Assembly: GCF_006345805.1 (NCBI RefSeq)
Contig: NW_021832891.1
Coordinates: 1 to 30,769, forward strand
DNA: 30,769 bases
Direction: 5' to 3'
Source of the DNA: Octopus sinensis
Taxonomy: Eukaryota
Each line of letters opens with the position of its first letter. Positions within the stretch are counted from its first letter, which is position 1. The position numbers and the translations under genes were made by a program. The notes under the pieces are model-generated. The model saw nothing but the letters and a program-made list of their open reading frames with translations. It was not told the DNA's origin and searched no databases. Below, one piece after another: positions 22,561 through 30,769 of the stretch.

Positions 22561-23059
22561 GAGAATTTAGAAAAAGTCAAAAAGACGAAGAAAGAGTGAA
22601 GGAGAGTGGTGACATTTATTCCTCAATTTCATGAAGATTTTGAGGGCCGTTGCTTTCGTACGATTCACCACGCAAAATGTTCCCGCAATAAGCAATAGAA
22701 AACATCTGCTCTGACATTTTGTGCCTGGGAGATTTTTCTCAGTCAATAATGGAATTATTAATAATTGATACAAGAGAAAGCACGTGTAATTGAAGTATTG
22801 GTCCAATTTCCGTTGTTTTTCCTTTGATTTTCCGTTAGATTTGCTTCAGCTCTAAACTCTCCCATTAATGTTCCTTCTTCAACAACAAGCAATGCTTGCC
22901 TGGCTTCTTCTGTTTAACAGCTTCGTATTTTTGAGCTCTAATTGTGGGATCTCCCAACACAACAGAGCTTTTCTTATCTCGTCCATTGTAAGCTTTTCTT
23001 GCAGTTAGATCACGCGGCAATAAATGTCTTCACTCTTTTTACTCCCCTTCCTTTCCCTA

Positions 23060-23525
23060 TTCTTTCATGCAACCTCTGTCTTTCTCTCTTTCTTTTCCTC
23101 TCACCATCTTTCTCTGTCTTCTTCTCTGTCTATCTATCTTTCTCTCTCTCACTAACTCACTCACTCACTCACTTTTCTTTCTTTTTTTCTTTTTGAGTTT
23201 TACTATTTCCATCAAGTCAAGTCGCTACCACTTTTTCTGTTTGTATCTCCCTCTCCTCCTTTCTCTCTTTCTCTTTTCCTCTCACTGTCTTTCTCTCTGT
23301 CTCTGTCTCTCTCTCCTCCCTCTCTCTCTCTCTCGCACATACTCACTCACTCTCTCTGTTTTTTTTCCTTTCTGAGGCTCACTATTTCCATCAAACCAAG
23401 TCGTTACCACTTTTCTATCTTCTCTCTCCCTTTCCTCCTCTCTCTCTCTCTCTCTTTCTCTCTCTATCTCTTTCTCCTCATTCTCTCTCCTTTCTATTTC
23501 TCTCTCCCTTTGTTTCTCCTTCTCT
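23060..23525. repeat. CT-rich tract with an internal duplication of about 179 bp
   Basis: ACTATTTCCATCAA..CAAGTCG.TACCACTTTT at 23202 and 23381. Confidence 0.75.
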
Positions 23526-24008
23526 TTTACTCATCGCACTTAATAGAAATGCCCGGGTGAGGGTAAGTGAGGCGAAATCTATGTAAAGGACGGAGAACAT
23601 TGAGGTGAGGTATATAGCGAGGGTGGAGGTGACAACGGCCGATGTAACAATACAATAATTGTTGTCAAAAATTAAAGGAAAAGATGTATACAATCGATGC
23701 GGCAGAAATTGAAGTCAACGATAAAAATGTAAAGAATAAGAAAGGTGAGCTGAATGTTATTGAAACTAAACTTGAGCTTTGTTATCTCCCTTTGAGGTTA
23801 ACTCTTTTGTTATCGTTATTCACTCCTCATTTTGGAAACATTCTTCTATTAAAAATACACTCTTCTCTAGATTCCTCTTTCATATCTCTTTACATTTTCT
23901 TATCTCTCTCCCTCACTCCTCTCTCCTTTTCTTTCTCGTTTCTCCCGTGCGACTTCGTTTAGCTTGTATTATGCGTAATATTATAAATTATCACAAAACA
24001 AGGTGAGA

Positions 24009-24632
24009 TGATAGAAACTGTACGAAAGCTTGATGAAATGTTTCGCTGTATTTAATTTCAGCACTCAATGTTCTGAGTTCAAACACCACTAGGGCCGACT
24101 TTGCTTCTCATCCCATAGGTTTATGTGCTGAGGCAAGTTCAATCGAATTTACATCTTCCTTCAAGTGATCAATATCATAAGGCAACGAGCTGGCAGAATC
24201 GTCAGCACGCCGAACAAAACGCTTAGCGGCATTTCGTCCGTCTTTACATTTTCAGTTCAAATTTCGCCAAGGCCGACTTTGCCTGTCATCCTTTCGGGGT
24301 CGATAAAATAAGTACAAGTTAGATACTGGGGTCGATGTAATCGACTTACTCTAGTTCTGTAGTAGCTGGCTTTGTGCCAAAATTTGAAACCAATGTTATA
24401 AGTTAGCCATTGAAGGCGGTGAGCCGGTAGAATAGTTAGCAGGCCGGGCAAAATGCTTAGCGGCATTTGGTCCATCTTCACGCTTTGAGTTCGAATTCCG
24501 CCGAGGTCGACTTTGCCTTTTATCCTTCCGGTATCGATAAAATAAGTACCAATTGAATACTGGGGTCGATGTAATCGACGTAGCCGCTCCCCCTGAAATT
24601 GCTGGCCTTGTGTCAAAATTTGAACCAATATT
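24009..24632 (+). mobile_element. Three head-to-tail SINE family A copies (24009-24119 degraded, 24180-24395, 24413-24632)
   Basis: The A head and core are repeated; the last two copies have tail type ii. Confidence 0.88.
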
Positions 24633-24954
24633 TCTGATGACCTTGTTACTGTTTTTCAACGAATTTCTGAGCTACAGCTCGGCCTTGGCGGAATGTACAA
24701 AAGTATAAAAGTGAACTTTATCTTGTTAGCTGTATAAGTTCTGCACATTATCAACCCTTTTTCATCTATACACAAATATTGAAGCAGAAACTATTAATGA
24801 GTACGGCCAACTTCACCAGAAATTTGTAAGTTCTTGTCAGAAAACGTTTGCCAAACAAGCACAAACATTACAAAGTCATCGACAAACGTTAATAAAAATT
24901 ATATAATGTACGTTTGAAAAGGATAGAAATAATTGAATTTAATTATAGATTTGC

Positions 24955-25305
24955 GGTTGGATGGAACTTACACTCGCCTCTTTATGAGAGCTTAAAATCT
25001 CTCGTGGAAGCGTGATCCAACTAAAGTACAAATATATGGGAATTACCACCTGTATCATCTCTTGTGAAAGGTAGGAGAGTCCAGTTTGCTGGACATTGTT
25101 GTAGAGCTGAAAACGAGGTAATTTCTACTCTTCTCCTCTGGAAGCCATCTGCTCGCGATATCAGAGGGCGCACACTCTCCTACCCTGATGTAATCTCCAG
25201 GGATACAGGCATCCAACAACAGGACCTCCGTAATGCTATGATGGACTGTGACGTCTGGCGTAACATAGTAAGTTCCATTGTCTCGACCACGGTCGAACAA
25301 TGATG
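24955..25305 (+). mobile_element. 5'-truncated RTE-clade LINE with 10-bp TSD and (TGA)n tail
   Basis: LDGTYTRLFMRA*NLSWKRDPTKVQIYG.../KGRRVQFAGHCCRAENEVISTLLLWKP...MMDCDVWRNIV. TSD ATAGATTTGC at 24945-24954 and 25306-25315. Confidence 0.88.
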
Positions 25306-25849
25306 ATAGATTTGCTGTTAAGACCAAATTCAACTTCAGTGGAATCTGATCATTCACGAGAGAATTGTTTAACAAAAAGTTTACATTAGGTTGTTAAGTT
25401 AAAATCGTATCTGAAGATTTATTTTGAAAATAATATCAGAAGACATACAGGAAAGGTGCGAAACACAGAGAGAGGGAGAACGAAAGAGAAAGGGGAACAG
25501 AAAAGGAGAAGATGGGGGGGGAAGAGATGAAGAGAAAGGGAGGGTGAGATAGACAGAGAGAGCACATTCCACTGGAACATGTGAAGGGAATATTCATTTC
25601 GGTGGCACATATCCACCAAGGCGTGTTTTTTATGCTTGTGACTAGTGTATGCTATTTGTAGAGTTTGTGTCAGCATTGTGTCGTACTGTGAGTATTTGGT
25701 ATCAGCAATACTCATACGAATGGAGAATGCTACCATAAACTTGCAGACAACGTACAATAGTCGCAAACAGAAAGAAACACCGGACTGATGACGTATAAAT
25801 CTAAGTGAGAAAAGGGACTTCCGGTAGTAATGTGAATCTGTATACATAA

Positions 25850-26086
25850 TACATACATACATACATGCATGCATGCATACATACATGCATGCATACATAC
25901 ATACATGCATGCATACATACATGCACGCATGCATACATACATACATACATACATACATACATACATACATACATACATACATACATACATACATACATGT
26001 ATGCATGCATGCATGCATACATACATACATACATACATACATACATACATACATACATACATACATACATACATACATACATACAC
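25850..26086. repeat. (CATA)n/(CATG)n microsatellite
   Basis: Direct. Confidence 0.95.
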
Positions 26087-26087
26087 A

Positions 26088-26326
26088 TAAATGTATACTG
26101 GTGGATTGTCCCAGTGAAGACCTCAAGAAAAGGTAAGCACAACAGACCTGATATAATGATTTGTGATAGAGAAGAGAAACTGTGCACAGTTGTGGAAATT
26201 ACCTGCCCAGCGGATGTTAACATAAAGCTGAAGATCAGTGAAAAAGAGAACACCTATGCTGAACTATTGAGAAATCTGCAGTTACTCTATCCAGATTACA
26301 AGTTTAGGTTTATACCTGTAATTATT
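26088..26326 (+). mobile_element. R4-type LINE RLE-domain fragment, truncated at both ends
   Basis: YWWIVPVKTSRKGKHNRPDIMICDREEKLCTVVEITCPADVNIKLKISEKENTYAELLRNLQLLYPDYKFRFIPVII is an intact PD-(D/E)xK-type RLE motif. Confidence 0.9.
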
Positions 26327-26625
26327 AGGACTGTCAGAATTTGTCCTTTGCACCTTTTGTACCAATGGTAACGAAGGTCCCCTTTCAGGTCCAGCTTCAT
26401 AGTGGCGACTCCAACACCCATGTCTCACGCCAAAGCTCGGATTCCTTGCTCGGATCTTCCATCACCTTGTATTGCAGTTGATGCTAAGGGAGGATCAACC
26501 AGATATTAAAACTAATGCATATTGTGAAATATGCCATTATCTACCATGTGCACGAGTTTCGTTAACATTGAGATAGCAGAACCCCAAAACATTGGGGTGG
26601 CCTAATACTTTCGGCCAAGATTGTA
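26327..26625 (-). mobile_element. Tc1-like DNA transposon remnant: one terminus at a TA plus a transposase HTH fragment
   Basis: Minus strand TA|CAATCTTGGCCGAAAGTATTAGGCCACC (Tc1-like end) and MEDPSK/GIRALA*DMGVGVATMKLDLKGDLRYHWYKRCKGQILT. Confidence 0.7.
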
Positions 26626-26698
26626 CATACATACATACATACATACATACATACATACATACATACATACATACATACATACATACATACATACATAC
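26626..26698. repeat. Perfect (CATA)n microsatellite
   Basis: Direct. Confidence 0.95.
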
Positions 26699-26699
26699 A

Positions 26700-27495
26700 A
26701 ACTGAAGATCTTACCCACATCATAGGCAGTTGTCCAGAAATGTCATCACTATATTATCTACCGATGAGTCATGACGTTATAGCCAAGGCACTGTACAATA
26801 AGATTCGTCGGAAGAATAATCCTGAGGCCAAAGAGATAAGCACTCAGAGTATGGTAGAGGCCATAGCCACTCAAAATATCAAAGAGTACTGATGGAATGT
26901 CCTAGTGAAAGCCTCAGTAAAATGTAAACATAACATACCTGACATAGTGATTCGGGACAGAGAAGAGAAACTATTTTCCAGTAGAGGGAACCAGCTGCCC
27001 AGCAGATGTCAACGTATAGCCTATGCTAAACTATTGAGAAATGTACATTTACTTTACTCATAGTACAAGTTCAGGTTATGTCTGTAATTCTAGGTGCACT
27101 GGGATATTTAACTAACTGCCTAAGCACCAATCTTGAGAAATTAGGCTTCTCGAAATCAGAAAGGGGAAAGCTAATTGGAACATTACAGACTCAAATCATC
27201 AAAAGAACCGTAAGAATTTGTAAAAATTTTCAGAAATTTAACATTTAAGTATATATGCGCATGTCTAGACAGGCATGAGAAATGATACATGATACATATG
27301 CATGAGAGATGATACATAAAACAAAACATGCAAATCTGCACATGCACTGACTTGAAATACTGCACACATACACACATGCATGCACAATTACCCTGTTGAT
27401 GTTGTTAAAATTCCGGTGAAGAAATCTTGCATCAAGGTCAGAAACCGATTCTTTCCCTACTGGCAAGAAATCTTGAAATAAGACTAAATAATAAC
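26700..27495 (+). mobile_element. 5'-truncated R4-type LINE (knuckle, RLE and 3' UTR); same family as 26088-26326
   Basis: [32 protein letters not shown]...EY*WNVLVKASVKCKHNIPDIVIRDREEKL...ILGALGY...TVRICKNF, then about 250 bp of UTR. Confidence 0.88.
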
Positions 27496-27506
27496 TTAGA
27501 TATATA

Positions 27507-27724
27507 CTTTTCTACTCTAGGCAGAAGGTCCCGAAATTTCTGGGGAGGGAGCGCTAGTCGATTAGATTGACCCTAGTACGCAACTGGTACTTAACTTATC
27601 TACCCCGAAAGAATGAAAGGAAAAGTCGACCTCGGCGGAATTTGAACTCAGAACGTAGCATCAGACGAAATACCTCCAAGCATTTCGCCCGGCGTGCTAA
27701 CGTTTCTGCCAGCTCGCCGCCTTA
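27507..27724 (-). mobile_element. SINE family A, tail type i
   Basis: Reverse-complement A head and core; tail ...GCCTAGAGTAGAAAAG. Confidence 0.9.
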
Positions 27725-27759
27725 TAACTTACATATGTATGTGTGCATTCATGTGAGAG

Positions 27760-27769
27760 TGTATGTATG

Positions 27770-27803
<34 letters not shown>

Positions 27804-28473
27804 TGTATGTATGTATGTATGTATGTATGTATTATGTATGTGTGTCTGTGTGTGTGTATGTATGTATGTATGCATGTATGTATGTATGTATGTATGTATG
27901 TATGCATGCATGCATGCATGTATGTATGTATGTATGTATTTATGTATGTGTGTCTGTGTGTGTGTATGTATGTATGTATGTATGTATGTATGTATGTTTA
28001 TGTATGTGTGTCTGTGTGTGTGTATGTATGTATGTATGTATGTATGTATGTATGCATGCATGCATGTATTATGTATGTATTTATGTATGTGTGTCTGTGT
28101 GTGTGTATGTATGTATGTATGTATATGTATGTATGTATTTATGTATGTGTGTCTGTGTGTGTGTATTATGTATGTATGTATGTATGCATGCATGTATGTA
28201 TGTATGTATTTATGTATGTGTGTCTGTGTGTGTGTATGTATGTATGTATGTATGTATGTATGTATGTATGTATGTATGTATGTATATGTATGTATGTATT
28301 TATGTATGTGTATCTGTGTGTGTGTATGTATGTATGCATGCATGTATGTATGTATGTATTTATGTATGTGTGTCTGTGTGTGTGTGTTTGTGTATGTACG
28401 TATGTATGTATGTATGTATGTATGTATGTATGTATGTATGTATGTATGTATGTATGTATGTATGTATGTATGT
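27760..28473. repeat. (TATG)n array with a recurring higher-order unit TATGTATGTGTGTCTGTGTGTGTG
   Basis: About 8 occurrences of the unit between 27833 and 28385. Confidence 0.9.
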
Positions 28474-28779
28474 TCTGAACTTCATTGGCTTACGGCTGTT
28501 TCTGCTATAAGATGCAGTGGATTCTAGTTGAGTGCCCGATCAACATCCTGCAGCTTCATCGGAGCCTCGAATATGAAGTACAGTTTATTTGGGAAAAAAG
28601 AATTACATTTGTGCGATATAAAGAAAAGGCATTACCAGTGAGAATGTCATTACCGATGTATATAAAAGAAAGTGTATGTCCGAAAGGCAATTAAAAATAC
28701 AAGTAGAAACGCTATGTGTATATACAAATGCGCACACACTGAAAAAGCGCAGGCAGACACCCAGCCAGAGACACAGGCA

Positions 28780-29136
28780 TACACACTCGCACACGCACGC
28801 ATACACACACAAGCACACTCACATATGCACACACACACACACACAGACGCACTTTTATGTGTGTGTATGTATACGTTTACATATATACAGACATACATAC
28901 ACATATACGCATGAAATACATATACACACACTACATACGCACAGAGAAAGAAAGAAAATAGATGGAGAGAGACAGAGACCGACCCCAACATGCACGAATC
29001 TATTCATGCGTATATACATACACCCCCTCCACGCACTCACATCACGCATATGCATAGTCATTATATGTAGGTACACACACGTATATATGTATGTATGCAT
29101 GTGTGTATATATATACATATATAATATATAAATATG

Positions 29137-29183
<47 letters not shown>

Positions 29184-29283
29184 TACAACACATATATAAT
29201 AATATAATATACTATATATAGACCATATATATATTATATATAATATACAATATATACCCATATATATATATATATATAATATA

Positions 29284-29345
<62 letters not shown>
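28780..29345. repeat. (CA)n and (TA)n low-complexity region
   Basis: Direct. Confidence 0.85.
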
Positions 29346-29751
29346 AGATATTATTACACCTCCTCAGCAAAGGGAGCCTTCTCCGTACTTGCCAGATTAT
29401 GGATGAGGAAGCCCTATTTTTCGTTCGAATGAAGTCCCTACGTAATTTCCCTCGGTCATTACATTAATTTTTAACACCAAATAGTGTACATATTATATGA
29501 AACCAGTGGTTATATTGACACCAAAGTATATAGAAATGTAGTGGTTACGTTGATATCTGCTAGCGTATACTTTATTGTAACATTATTGAGACTGGTGAGT
29601 GTTGAGACGTTCTAGGGTATATAATTGCATACCTATATATTTGTGTATACATTATTATAAAACCAGAGGTATAATGACTGTAAGATCACTGATTCGGTAA
29701 CATTAGAGAAGAGCACGAGGCTCTGAAGAGGTTATACAACACTGAAACATG

Positions 29752-29752
29752 T

Positions 29753-29800
<48 letters not shown>

Positions 29801-29822
29801 CAGAAAGGCAGAAAGAAAGAAA

Positions 29823-29856
<34 letters not shown>

Positions 29857-30033
29857 AAAAAAAAAAAGAAAGAAAGAAGAAGAAAAAGAAAAAAGAAAGA
29901 AAGAAGGAAGTAAGAAAGAAAGAAAGACAGAGTGAAAGTAATGAGAAAGAAAGAAGACAGAAAGAAAGAAGAAAGAAAGAAAGAAAGAAAGAAAGAAGAA
30001 AGAAAGAAAGACAGAAAGGCAGAAAGAAAGAAA

Positions 30034-30070
<37 letters not shown>

Positions 30071-30500
30071 GCAGAAAGAAAGAAAGAAGAAAGAAAGAAA
30101 GAAAGAAAGAAGGAAAGTAAGAAAGAAAGAAAGACAGAGTGAAAGTAATGAAGAAAGAAAGAAAGACAGAAAGAAAGAAGAAAGAAAGAAAAAAGAAAAA
30201 AGAAGAAAGAAAGAAAAAGAAAAAAGGAAAAAGAAAGAAACAAACAAAGAAAGAAAAGAAAGAGAAAAGAAAGAAAAAAGAAGAAAGAAAGGAAGAGAAA
30301 AGGAAAGAAAGAAAGAAAGAAGACAGAAAGAAGAGAAAAAGAAAGAAAGAAAGAAAAAAAAGAAAAAAGAAAGAGAAAAAGAAGGAAAGAGAAAGCAAGA
30401 AAGAAAGAAAGAAAGAAAAACAGAAAGATAGAAAAAGGAAAAAAGAGAAAAAGAAAGAGAAAAAGAAAGAAAGAAAGAAAGAAAGAAATAAAGAAGAAAC
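29752..30500. repeat. 750-bp (AAAG)n polypurine tract with an internal duplication of about 210 bp
   Basis: CAGAAAGGCAGAAAG at 29801 and 30012; CAGAGTGAAAGTAATGA at 29928 and 30135. Confidence 0.92.
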
Positions 30501-30769
30501 ATGAAATCGAAGATATTAACCAGCAAAAAATACCAAGAAATTCGACAACAGAAATCATTTTCCCCGCCATCTTTATCACTTGTCAACATCCTCTTCATCT
30601 CACCACAACAACCATCTGCAATTGCAAACGACCATCACCTTCTTCCTCTTCCTTCTCCTCCTCCTCATCATCATCAGCAGCACCATCATCATCATCATCA
30701 TCGTTTCGTTCTTTCTTTAAAATATAATTAATATTAGTAATAATATAATTTCTTTGTTTACTAAAACCG

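Noticed and set aside
22800-23020. Protein-like minus-strand pieces (MDEIRKALL..., TEEARQALLVVEEG...)
   Set aside because: They lie in different frames separated by stops, and I recognise no family.
29348-29755. Exon-like snippets IITPPQQREPSPYLPDYG* and FGNIREEHEALKRLYNTET|gtaag
   Set aside because: The first has a poor acceptor inside (TA)n; the second has an in-frame stop immediately upstream with no acceptor.
1-30769. Dozens of 60-300-aa ORFs rich in YI/CV/MY/HT/FL/KE repeats
   Set aside because: They are translations of (TA)n, (GT)n, (CATA)n and (AAAG)n microsatellites, with no evidence of coding.

Overview
Eukaryotic, AT-rich, repeat-saturated DNA. From recollection of the SINE families and the microsatellite load it is most likely an octopus or other coleoid cephalopod (inference), and probably intergenic or intronic. 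I find no intact host gene; nearly all ORFs in the supplied track are translations of microsatellites. The window holds seven decayed fragments of R4/Dong-type (restriction-like endonuclease, RLE) LINEs, one CR1-type LINE, two RTE-type LINE fragments, Tc1/mariner remnants, about 20 tRNA-derived SINE copies or fragments from several families, and many simple repeats. Five observations stand out. (1) The RLE-LINE fragments abut different microsatellites: TAA, TACA, TGA and CA. (2) One LINE has a 44-bp fold-back hairpin at its 5' truncation point. (3) A diverged but length-conserved 26-bp tandem array appears to have been amplified from a SINE segment. (4) There is a degenerate minimal hammerhead-ribozyme-like motif. 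(5) One SINE head and core carries three alternative tails. All family assignments come from recalled motifs, not database searches.
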